Below, in pieces: positions 24,432 to 36,199 of a stretch of 64,000 bases of DNA (its first letter is position 1; every line of letters starts with the position of its first letter). Below the pieces are notes generated by a model. That model had not been told where the DNA came from and made no database searches. It saw only the letters and a list, made by a program, of their open reading frames with translations. The stretch is from Rhizodiscina lignyota (lineage: Eukaryota): contig ML978122.1 of NCBI GenBank assembly GCA_010015805.1, positions 1,894,453-1,958,452 on the forward strand, written 5' to 3'. The position numbers and the translations under genes were made by a program.

Positions 24432-24926
24432 TTGAGAAACTGTTGCGAAAAGCGGTCAAGAGGAAGAAGGGAAAGATGTACATGGAGATATTATGTGTGG
24501 GTCTTTGCAGGTGGTAAGTACGTTCAGGGGCTATTGTACCCCGAGTCCATGGGTCTGGAATACTTCATCCGGTCACATTTGGCTGGACAATAGCGCAAGA
24601 GTCAAAAGCAAGAGCTATCGTTCTCACGGAGTCTGGATCACACTCTTATAATGTAAATGACTCAGTTCCCATAATCCGACATTTCGACAGTATCATAAAC
24701 CTTTTGGAATCTCTTGTAAACCTACGACAGTATTGAAAGGATGGTTTAAAGGCAATAGAGTGACTACTCCACTCGCGTGAATACTGAAACAGCACCGTTA
24801 ATCTGTCCTCAGTCCCACTTACCTGCTGTTCATTTTCCGAGAGTGATCAAATGGAGTACTCGCATTTAATGCGGGAAAGGAGAGGTCCGAGCCTCCGAGC
24901 ACTACGGAGAAACGAACATGGAGAAT

Positions 24927-24943
24927 CTGGGGTAGCTGTGGGG
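24927..24943. promoter_or_regulatory. Tandem CreA/Mig1-type SYGGRG sites upstream of the Tri12-like transporter
   Basis: CTGGGG at 24927-24932 and GTGGGG at 24938-24943, about 500 bp upstream of the ATG at 24431. Short motifs that can occur by chance. Confidence 0.3.
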
Positions 24944-25739
24944 TAGGAGGAGCGCGCTTCGGGATTGGCAGGAGTTGTTTACGCGTACCCGGGCAACGTC
25001 AAGATCCATTTGACCAATCATGGGATGCTGCGAGATGAGTCCTTGAGAATGGAGCCTTGCCATGGCCGGATTCAGGAATCCGAAGAGGAGATGAAGTCAC
25101 ACCAATGATTCATTAGGGGAAGGCTACGAGTCAGCAGGCATAAATTGGACCAAACAATGACAGAGAGAAGAGAAGGGCAAGCCAGAATAATATAAAGTGA
25201 GAGAATTGTGTATGAGGAACCTACAGGAAAGATTATGCCAGATTGGGCCCGTACAGAGGCATTGAAGAAGGATAATATGAATAACCTCAGATTGACTACC
25301 CTCGGCTTGCGCTGAATAGGTAAGCGACTCGAGTAAACTCGCAGGGCTCCCTTAAGATCCGTTCTCTAGTACAATGTTCCTTCAGAGTTCGAAATGGCCT
25401 ACAACGTCGAATATGAGTGCTTGTAGTCGGTCGTTTTGCTGAAGAGCTCGAGCTTGCCGCCCTTCGTCTCATATTCGTCTCATATCGATACCACCACTAA
25501 CATCAACGCCAACGCATATATATTGATAAAGATGGGTCGAGGTAGTGACCAAGAATGTAAAATTTTGCACCCCGCGGTCGCTTTGGGTCTTAGGCTAAAA
25601 ATGAGTATTTATAGGCTGAGGAAGCCAAATGGCAGCAAGAACGTGAAGCCTCGGAATCTGCCGAGAAAATGGCGCCTTGTCGGCGCTCGGCAGATCATCG
25701 GAGGTGAACTCAGATCACGTGGTTTCGTTACACCGTCAA

Positions 25740-25766
25740 TGTTTATCTTATTCCAAGAAAGGGAAA
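25740..25766 (-). promoter_or_regulatory. Composite Mcm1 (MADS) + forkhead G2/M element upstream of SPC7
   Basis: Minus strand reads TTTC-CC-TTTCTT-GG-AATAAG-ATAAACA, i.e. CC(N6)GG, a 6-nt spacer and RTAAAYA, about 100 bp upstream of the ATG. A CACGTG E-box lies at 25716-25721. Confidence 0.55.
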
Positions 25767-25868
25767 GCGCATTTCGGTTGTCAATAGCGCCTCGACAACA
25801 TCACGTCTTTCTCCCACCTTTTCCTATATTCTTACCGCAACGCGCAACAGCATCCTATATTACGCGCT

Positions 25869-28800
25869 ATGGCGACCGAAAGTGACAAGGAGAATATCGC
25901 GGAGAGCCTTACGGCGCCTCCCAAATCGCCACTTGCAGCGAGAAAATCGGGACGGTCGCGAAGCAAAAGTATAGGACCGCATACTGGACTGACAATACCC
26001 TTGAAGGAAGAGACCAGCAATCGAAGGAAGAGTGCAGTCGTGCCTGCCATGCGCTCAATTCTCTCAGGCAAGGAAGACGAGGATGAGGCGAAGAAGAGAA
26101 AGGAAGCGCGTAGGAAGAGTTTGGGTACAGCTACCATCCAAGAAATGCGCAAGTTATAGAATGCTAATTGTGCTGCAGCGAATCGACGTGTCTCCTTCGC
26201 ACCGGAGGCAACATTGCATACTTGGGATGTCATCGAATATATGCGCGACGTGAACTCAACTACTTCCTCCGCAACATCGTCCTCGAACAATTCTTTGAAC
26301 TCTAGCACTCGCCGCTCTCCGTCGCGGTCCCCACAATCGAAAGAATCATCATCAATCAAGAATGCCGACTCCACCGACCTTCCTGACCCTCCTTCCACTC
26401 CTCCAGAACAGGTCGAAGAAACCGAATCAGAACAGAGTCCAGCGAATCAGCGAGAGATGCATCAAAAGAAGCGCAGGAGAAGCTCCAATGGCATACCACC
26501 GATGAATTTCAACAACCCTGAAGATGCCTATTCTTCAAGTCCAATAAGTGGCAGCTCCTCTCCTGCAGCTCCATCTCCGGTCGGCGAAGAAATCGAGAGC
26601 GATTCGGAGAGCGATTCGGAGAACGATGCAGACCAGACGGGCACTGCAATGAGTGTGGACATGGATGAGGCTACAGGTCGTTCAGTCGCATCTGCAGAAT
26701 CCTCCAATGACTCTACAGGGTCTAGCGCAAGGCTTGATGAAGCGTTGAGGCAAGCTACGAGGCAGGCTGGTACTCAAGCTCTTGACCTTGAGGACGATGG
26801 CGAGATGAGCATGGAAATAGCAGGCGATGAAGTCACGAACGCATTTCGACCTTGGATGTCACGACAACAAGGCCCTGCGCTACCGGCTATTATCGAACAG
26901 GACAAGGGAAATATGGACCCCTTTTCAAGCACACCGAAAATGCCTACCAGGGTGGGATTTCTGCAGCCTGCAACATCTCCTACAAATGATGATGGAGAGA
27001 CGTACGGCATCAGCATGGACATGACTCGGGCTGTTGGTGGCATAATTCCCACTGTCGGTGTGACACCTGCTACCAGCTCAGAAACGAACGTAAGCTCCGA
27101 AGGTGGAACTATGGACTTTACCATGGTTATGCCAGGAAGTGGTATTCTTCCAGGGGCGTCTAGTCAACCTCTCAACAATGATCGACGAGCCAGCCTGAAG
27201 AGACGACGCTCGAGTGTATTGAGCGCGACGACAGGGGACGACACAGGCAGTCCGGCAAAGAAACTGGCACCATCTAGGCGTACGAGCATTCGAGCATCAC
27301 GCAGAAGATCATCGGTCATGACAGATGAGGACGCTGGTGGTGAAGAGACAATGGACTTAACGGCTACTCTGGGAGCGATCCAGGAAGACGCGAGCCAACA
27401 GCAACAGCTAAAACCGGACAGTATTCCAGATGAAGCTACTCGTAGGGCTAGTGGGGACACTTCATTCGGAGACGAAGCAATGGACATGACCATGCTCGTG
27501 GGTCCTGGTATCACCAGTAGTGCAGGCGTGCAGAATCATGAACTCGATGATACGGACGAAGACCTCAGCATGGAGGTTACAACCGCACTCGGAACTATTC
27601 AGCGGCAAGTGTCGACTTCCAATACTCAAGATCCAGTAACTCCTCAAAAAGCTTTAACGGAGGCGCAAAAGGAAAGCTTGGATTACCCAATTGAGTATCC
27701 ATATTTACCTATTGAGCAGTTTTCACTTTCAAACAGCGAGATTGCAAGGGAAGATTCTGTTCATGTCAAGGCAACTCCTCAAAAATCACCACGACGAACC
27801 ACGCCCCGAAAGAGCATCATCCCAACAACACCTGAGGCCCATGCATCTTCGAGTGCGAAAACTACGCCTGCTAATCCTCCTTCAAGCCGATCGAAGTCGA
27901 AGAGAGCTAGCCTACCTCGCTCTGTCTCTCCAGCAAAGGTCACAGATACTCCAGTTCTGGCCGCTCCTGAATCACATCCTACGGTGGCTACGCCGGTTCG
28001 AATCCCCGAGTCTCATGTTGAAGCTGCAATGGCACAACCGTCTCCGACACCGAAACAAAATCCCTCCCAGCCTCTTCCGCCTGTGATCCGTTCTCCTTTG
28101 GCCCCAAAAGGGGATGGTACTGGAAATGAGATGTCTCAATCGCAGTCGAAACTTTCCGATTCATTTAAACAGTTGGCAACTCCAAAGAAGCAGATGAGCA
28201 GCAGTCCACTAAAGAAAGTTATTGCTTCGAACACACCTCGCACGGGAACGAAGAGTCCCAAAAAGATAGGAACGCCGGCTAGAACGAGAACGCCCAGAAA
28301 GAGCATGAGCCCAGTCAAAAAGGCGGTCAAAATGGTTGAGAATATTGAGAATGTCCCTTCAGAGAATGACGCCACTGTTCAGCACCAGACCAAGGAAGAA
28401 AGCATGCCATTGCAGGATTTCCTTAATATGACTGGGATCCAGTTTCTAGACCTCCAGACTACAAAGCGTCGACACACGGGTTTTCCCACTCTCAAGCCAT
28501 CTGATCTATTGGAGAAGGATGAGGATGAGTTGGCTGGTGGTGATGGTTTGGACTCTCTGGAGCGCACGGTGGTAGCAGCGACAACACTTGTGCCAGAGCT
28601 CACCATGTTTCAACATTCCTGCCACGAGATGAAATCGTATTTGTCCAGTGGCAAGGATGTCGTACGCAGTATTGAAGCGGAAGTCCTCGAGGAGCAGCCT
28701 CCTCTTTTCCGCGAATACCTCTCTGCTCCACAGAAGGAACGGCACATCATGGATGACCAGTTCAAGGCCATGAAGGCTCATGCGAGGCTAGAGAGCAAAG

Positions 28801-29948
28801 GCACATGGTACCAATGGCGGTCGCAGCTTCTGAAAGATCTCACTGGTGGACTTGACGAGACAAAGGTGGGCATGGAAGATGATGAAAATGCGCTTGTCCA
28901 TCTTCACAACGATCTCACGTCAACTCTTCACGCATTGAGAGAGCGAAACCAACGACTGAAAAGCGAGGCGAGTGAGCTGAGGAGGAAAAAGGCAGAGAGA
29001 GAAAGTGGAGAGAGAGAAGAGCTGGACGTAACCAGGGAACGACTGGTGCAAGTTGACGCTGAGCTCGAGGAAAAGAAGAGAGTGGTTGAGTCTCTCCGGA
29101 ACGAGCTCGCAGAGAAAGAAGCAGCAATAGAGATGATCAACGAGCGGAAGGAAGAGTGTGCCGCAGCCACGAAGGAAGCAGAGCGCGTTAGCGAAGAATG
29201 TCGAGGATTGTCTACCCAAGATGTCAGTGATCTTCGAACCCAAGTAAAAGAGCTTGAGGCCACCCATCATTGGAGCATTTTATCGGCGACGAAGGACCCA
29301 ACTACTCTCACACTTGCATATCGCAATGAGGTCGACCTATTTTTCCATCCCTTCGCATTCCAGGATGCTCGATCGGCATCATCGTCACCTTCGAAGCCGT
29401 CTCGCAGCAACGCTCCCATCTCGTTAACGTACAACCCCAGAGATATGGCCAGCACCGTGTCCGAAGAGCCAACTACTGTTCAGCGTTTCTTCTTGCAGCT
29501 TCTTCGCGCCAATCTGCATGCACTGCCGCAGTCGACAACACCTATTTCGTCGCTTCTCAAGCTCGTCAGCGAAGGCTGGGAGAAATGCCGCGCGCTTGCT
29601 GAGGCAGTGCGCCAGCTCGAAATACTTGGCATATGCGACGTTGCTATCTTAGGAGACGAGATGTTAAAGATCAGCGTGGCCGTTCTTCTTCCTGAAGTCG
29701 AGACGAAAGTTGTCGTGTCGTTCCACTTGGCTGTGTCTGTAGCGGCTGAGGCGGACGACATGATCGACACGAGCGTCAAGGTCATCGCAAGGGTCGTGTA
29801 CGGCGAGCGGTACGACGAACCAAAAATGTCAGAGTTTTTAAAGATGCTGATAGGTGGAGAGTTGCTGGAGCTTGAGAAGATGGGAGTCTGGTACGAGAGT
29901 GTCGCGGAACTAAAATCCAGGCTTATCAAGAGGGGCAGGAAGGGCTGA
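25869..29948 (+). CDS. SPC7: Kinetochore scaffold Spc7/Spc105/KNL1
   Basis: Exon 1 is 25869-26124 (SDKEN, RSILS). Intron 26125-26178 restores RRKSL-ANRRVSFAPEATLHTW (PP1-binding RVSF). MELT-like repeats MDMTRAVG, MDFT, MDLTATLG, MDMT and MEVTTALG. C-terminal Spc7 domain (LQDFLNMTGIQF, WYQWRSQLL) and coiled coil. Confidence 0.95.
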
Positions 29949-30253
29949 TGAATCCCTTGATGTGATAGTTGCTTCGATCAAAGTAAAGACGGCTGAAATT
30001 GCTGTTTGGCAAGGGCGAACCAATTTGGTTACCTCTACTGTACGATGCAATGGATTTTGCTCGCTGTAGTAACAAGATGAATGATGGCGATCTCCGATAT
30101 TTCTGACAATGACTTGAAGCTTTTAATATACACTGCCTTTTCGTATCATGCTGCCTAAGTCAATCAGAAACAAATGCAGAGTGCGATGCAAGTAGAGTCG
30201 CTAGTTGAAAAATGCGAAGCCCTCAGCCATGTAGCCAGTTCCATTTCTGAGAT

Positions 30254-33200
30254 CTAACCGGTATACTTCCTCTTTCTAGTCCTCCGCACCAGCAGCTCGT
30301 CCTCATTTTCGCTCTCCTGGACTTCAGGTGACGCTCTGCTTCCACCGCTCCCGCTGCCGCTGCCGCTCTCGCTGCTGCTTGGACCGTTAAACACGTCATA
30401 ATCCTCATCTTCACCAATATTTCCGATGTTGTCTTCATCTTCATCAACATCCATGTCCGTCTCATCAATCACTTCATCCTGGATAAACGCCTCTAGTATC
30501 TCGGGGCCGACACCATCCCGGCGGACCGTCTTCCTTTCTCTCTTTGACCTCTTCCTCACGAGCGGCGTTCCCCAGTCACCACCAGCGTCCGAACTAGGAC
30601 TGTCTAACGCCATATTCTGATGGCGCGACTGAGCCTCGAAATAGCTAGTCGGTGCAAAATCCACATCGTCATCATCATCCTGTAGCGGCAAGTCGCGATT
30701 GGTTCTGGGTCTGCCCCTCTGCTTGGCCTTATTTCGAGCTCGCAAGTTGGCGAGCGGAGTGCCAGGGTCGCTGTCAGACGATTCCATGCCATTGGACTGC
30801 GTGCCTCCTGCCTTGGACGCAACCTTCATCTTTTGACGCTTCAGCTTGACTGCTACAGCCTGGCCGGGCTTCTTGAGTTTGGGCACCTCGCCCCTCTCCC
30901 AGAAGTTGCGTGTGAGATCTTTGGTGTATCCATAATTGAAGAACAGTTCGTCACCCGCCTTGATGTCTTTCTTGGCGAACATGCCGATGCGTACCACGGT
31001 GTTGCAGAAAAGGAGTTGTGCGTAGACATTGATGTTGGCATCGATCTCGGAGTTATTGATGAAACGCGTTTTGTTGCCATAGCGCATACTATCGATATCA
31101 AAGACGTCTAGACGTAAAATGTTAACGGTTCTCATCTTTGTCAGGTGTTTTGTTTAACTCACCTGGGTTGACAGTGAATAAGTAGTTGTTAGTACGGTAT
31201 GAGTAGAGAACGCCACGGCGCTCAGCCTCGCCATGACTGCAAATCTCCCCTTTGTACTCGCTGATATACTCGCCTGTTTTGATGTCTTCGCAAGCATAAA
31301 GTCCACAGCCACTGATCTGACTGATGCCGATTTTCGTATGCTTAGGCCGGTTCCTCTGTACAAATACGTTGTGACATCTTCCATTCACAACGTCATCGTC
31401 ATACCTATTCACAGGATCGAGGACATCAATTGCGCCGCAAGTGCTGCACAAATCGGGATCGCACTCGCGGTTGAGTTCTTTGCAAGGGCACTTGGTCTTC
31501 GTCGAGCATGGTTTTCCCTTCTGTGCACATTTGCAGCCCCGATAGCGTCGCCGGCATCGAGCTGAGCAAGCGCACGTCTTTTCGCATTGTACCCCTTCCT
31601 TGTAGCAGCTACATTGCGCTGCTTCACAGGGGCCTTCGTGATCACATGGCCGGAAGATTTTGCGCTGATGAAGCATATTTGTAGTTGCCTTGGAAAGCCA
31701 ATAGTCCGTGCTGAGCGGCTTGAGAGTATTGCCGTCATTGGTATTGTCCGTAATTGATGGCCTAAGCTGCTTAGTTGATGTGGCAGCTTTAAGGCTGTTG
31801 ATTCCTTCTTCGTCCGAGGAGCAGTAGCGATGCGTATCTGGTGTCTGCTCGCCATTTTCAGAGCCAGCTGGGGGAGGTGATGTCGACTTGCTCTCATTAT
31901 CCGCCTCGTCGACGTCGGAATCAGACTCAACAATGATACCATGATAAGGGCAATTGTTAAGATGGCATATGCGACATGCTATGTCATCGAACACATCTCT
32001 AGGTCCTTGGCCATTCTCGAGTTCTGCGTGTTTTAGGGCGAATCCAACGACGTCGCTCTTACGTGCGACGTGCCAAATGCTGAATTTTGAGACTTTGAAG
32101 AATACGTGGCTGGCGAGCCCAGCATACGCAAGTTCTTTCGCCGAAGAAGCGGGAAGATTTGCCAGTACCAATCTCCACTTCGGATGATCCCTATCGAAAT
32201 CCTTTTTGCAAGACGCCGTTCGGTCATGCCATGCGGCCAAATCAAGACCAGACAGCGGCAAGTCAAACTCTGGATCAGAATCGCGTTGCAACAGATAACG
32301 TAGCACGTCTTTGAATCCACAACCTATTTCCTCAAGGAATGACTCAACGTAAGGTGCGTACTTCTCCCGTAGATTCTTATGAGTCAATTGAGACCAACGA
32401 GAGTCTAAGAACTTTTCGTAATGATTTTCCAGATCTTTCCAGAGACCGGCCATAGAAGTATCCTCTTCCTGTCTATCCTTGAAATACGGTTCAACCAGTA
32501 GTTTCTTCCGATTGTCCGCCATCACGTTCTTCGGTAGGCTGACATAATGAGTATAAAACGGCATGTAAAACTCGGTCTCCCGATATTTCGATACGGGTGC
32601 GCCGAGCGTTGTGACGATGTCCTTTGGAGCTTTGGGACCCTTGACGAGGGGCTTCACGGTCTGGGTGATGAGTTGGTTCCGGGAATCTCTGCTTTCTTTG
32701 GCGGATACGAGAACATGTACAGGTTTCATCCTCAAGAATGGCGATTTCTTCTCAATGAACTTTTGCCCGACAACAGGTTTGCCGGAAGCAAAATCTGATT
32801 CTGGCAATTCCGCTTCCAAAGGGCCTGCCGGGTCATAACATTTGCGTACGCGCTTGAGATAGCCTCTGATAAAGTACTCATGGTCCTCGTGGAGCTCTTT
32901 CAGATGCTTGCACCAGACGGCTGTAATAGCTGGAACCGTAGCGGGTACTTCAGTAACCCCATCAATAGCCATTGGATCAGAAGTAACCGGATCCACTATG
33001 ATTCATGTCAGAACAAGAACAATCAATATTTAAGAATATTTTCATACCATCATTCACCCTAGAGCCATATCTAGGCGACGCACTATTAGTGCTGTCTTGC
33101 CTGCTCGGAGAATTGAATAGCCTTTGAGTTGATGGCCGGGTATCGAGACGTGATGCTGACCTTGAGGAGGCACGGGAATCGTTGTGTCGCGCTTCCCTTC

Positions 33201-34772
33201 TGATATTGGCACTTCGAAGGCCAGGACCATCGGAATCAATTGCGCTCGAGGCACGCTTCTTTGCCAGCAGCTGTACCCCGAAGGTGCCTCGCTCCAGATC
33301 TCGCTCAAGCAGCTGGGATTCATTTGCTCGGACAGAAGCTGTACGTTTCGCGACTGAGGGACTGTTCGAAGGTGGCGTTCCAATGCTGCCACCTGGAATA
33401 AATCGGCCGTGCTTATCCCGTTCGCGTGTTTGTTTAGGAGAGTTCGACTGTGGCGTTTCTTCAACTACGTCTTCGACTTCAGGGTCTGAGTCGGCCGCCA
33501 ACGCCGCTTTTGATCGACTGGGTAATTGGAGGGGCATCTCTCTTCCTAGTACCTCATCCTCACTGTCGACGTCATTGATGACTTCTCTACGGCCTTCAAA
33601 TGCATTAGATCTGCTAGCAGATATACTGCGCTGCGTTCTCCCGGTAATGGAATCTTCACTTGATGACTGCTCACTTCCGGCCGAGTCTGGAAAGAAGCTA
33701 CGTCGAGCGGCCGCCAACATCTCGTCCGACCTCTCCCTCTCTTCAACAGATCCTGGTTGAGCTGCTGGAGCGCTGAGATCCTCAGTTGACGCTGTTGCAG
33801 GAGCAGCTGCTCTTAGAGAACGCGCTTGGTTTCGATTATGCAGGAGATTGCGGTGCGAGTCTGTGAGCGTAAATTCCGAGCCGGGTTTCCCTTTATTTCG
33901 CGGACTGCCGAATCCAAAGGTTGAAGGTTGATCTTTTTGTGCTGTTTCGCTAGAGACCGTCTCATTTTCTCTAATATATGCTGTGGCTTGTTTTGTTTCT
34001 GTTGTTCGTGCCTCTTTAGCGACGCGCGGGCTGGGGCCACCAGCTAGGGGTTTGGGGCCGGGTTCAATGCGGCGTGTGCGCACGAGCTCGGCAACGGCTC
34101 CCACCTATCGAAAGCTACCGTCAGCAACCAAGCTCACAAACACATTTCCCAAATTCAACCACCTACAACCACTCGGCCTAGGCTGTTTGTAATATCCACA
34201 GGCCTAAAGATCTCTCTCAGCCGGACTTCTGAAATATAGCTGTTGATGTCTTCGGCGACAAATTTGCCTGCGGCCCATAGCTCTGCAATCTTCTTGACGC
34301 CAGCTGGAGGTATCCGTCGCTCCCTGTCGGCTTCTTGAGCAATCAAAGCTGCAACTTGCGCTGCTGGATCTGCGGAGGCTTTAGCTTCTGGACTTGCTCT
34401 CCACCAGATTGGACTCGTGTTTAGTGGAAGTCGTGGCGACTCTGCCTTACTGTCGTTGTCGGTGTCGTCCTCTTTCTCGTCATCGCTGATCTCGATAACA
34501 TCAGCCCGAGACCTGGTTCCGGCATGCCGTGACTTGCTGCTCTTGATGGGGGATTCATCCGAAGGTTGCCTCTGGGGTTGGTACGTATTTTTAAACCAGC
34601 TTCTGCGCTTGCTAGATGGCACAGAGGCTGCGCCATGAGATGAGTCTCGGGCACTCTTTGGCGTCTGCTGAGTTCGTGTCTGGCTGCGACCCACTACTGG
34701 ATTTGTCGGCTGTGCGTGCTGTGGTTCGTCCTCGTCCAGCGTGAGATCGACAATTGGAACTTTGGCAGACAT
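30254..34772 (-). CDS. KMT6: PRC2 catalytic subunit, H3K27 methyltransferase (KMT6/SET-7/EZH2 type)
   Basis: Four exons joined in frame by introns 34166-34105, 33047-32996 and 31162-31108. Zn motif CRICHLNNCPYHG, CXC domain (PCDHEGPC...CEKTCAC...RECDPDLCSTCG), SET domain (GCGLYA...EYKGE...GNKTRFINNS...ELFFNYG). The low-complexity 5' exons are less certain. Confidence 0.88.
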
Positions 34773-36199
34773 GATGATGAGATATCTGAGCGATCAGACT
34801 GCTCACTCATCTTCCAGGAAAAGTCTTACTCTCTTTTTCGCTAGAACACAGACGATTTGTTGATGTTGGTGGGAGGTTGCACGAGTGAAGCGCCTGGTCG
34901 CGCGCAAACGCGCTATCACAAGGCTTGGCGCTCTGCTGCAGGCAGCCTTGTATCAGACTGCTAAACTGGAAGGTGCGAAATTTGAGGCGTGAATGTGAAG
35001 AGGCCAGAGGCCCGTGTTGTTATTGGGACTTCACAGAAGAAAGGCTTGGTGCAGCTTGGGTTTTGGGGCGAAAGAGCCAGAATCAAGTCACTCTTGCGTT
35101 TTCGGCAAGTGTCACGCAGGTCTGAGCGCTTATGGATCGCGCATAAATGGAGTTACTGACGGGAGCCGTATGAGTGCTTTTATATAAAACCTATCTCAAC
35201 TATCCCTGTAAATGCAGATTTGTGAAAGGAAGCAATAGACGCTACTCTAGTGGGACGCAAGCTTGTACTGTATCATCTTCCGTCGACACTCTAGAGCAGA
35301 GCGGAAGCTAATATATATAGTACGTGAAGTTGACGGTCGCGCATCTAAACAAAAAGGAGGTTGACCTGATGTAGTTTTCATTAAAGAACTCCAGCATTTG
35401 GAATTCTGTCTAGTTCGAGGGCCTGCTCCAGCTAAGGCTACAGTACAATCCAGGCCTGCTGTGCTGCTCAGTCTGCTGCCTGTAGATCCAGTTTATGTTA
35501 CACAATGTTGGATTTTTGCAATCTGTACATTCTTCCAAGCACTTCAATCCGAAACATACTGAGGACTGATCAAAAACTCCAAAAACAAACTTCGTTAGAC
35601 GGTTGATCGTGAGATCCAAATCTTCTAATGCGCCAAGGGTATGTAAAAATAAACTCGCAATTGTTCAGGATAAAGTGCTGAACAACGGAATACGACTAGA
35701 GGTCTCGCTAGCAGGGTATAGAGCATGCATGCGGGAAACGAACTGAACTCCAAATTCAATCAACGCTTTGTGGGAGCGATTGATTCGCTCCAAAGCAATC
35801 GAGTAAGACCGATAATTGAAAAGCAACAATGCCGCCCATGGGGTATCAAGGATAGCAAATAGAGATCAAACGAGAGGTGTGAAACACAACATTTCAGACA
35901 AGGTACGCCATGTAACAAATGAAATATTTCCGCCCAGCCAGAAAAGAAGTGAAAACTCCATAAACCCCACCGCAATGCTTATATCTTCAGAGTTACGCGT
36001 TGACAATTTCAGTATCCCTCAACTCAGAACACCCTACCATTCAAATATGGTTTCCGACTTCCAAAAAAAATTGTTGATTAATGAGCGCAGTCGACGTGTT
36101 TCGTAGGTAGAGTTCCGTCGCTCGGGGTATCGATATCGTATGTCACGGTGGTATTCACATGAAGCAAGCGCCCGCTTACTTCGCAATATCGCCACAAGT

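Noticed and set aside
32977..34772. The 375-aa and 205-aa ORFs as separate genes
   Set aside because: Canonical phase-matched introns (34166-34105, 33047-32996) join them to KMT6.
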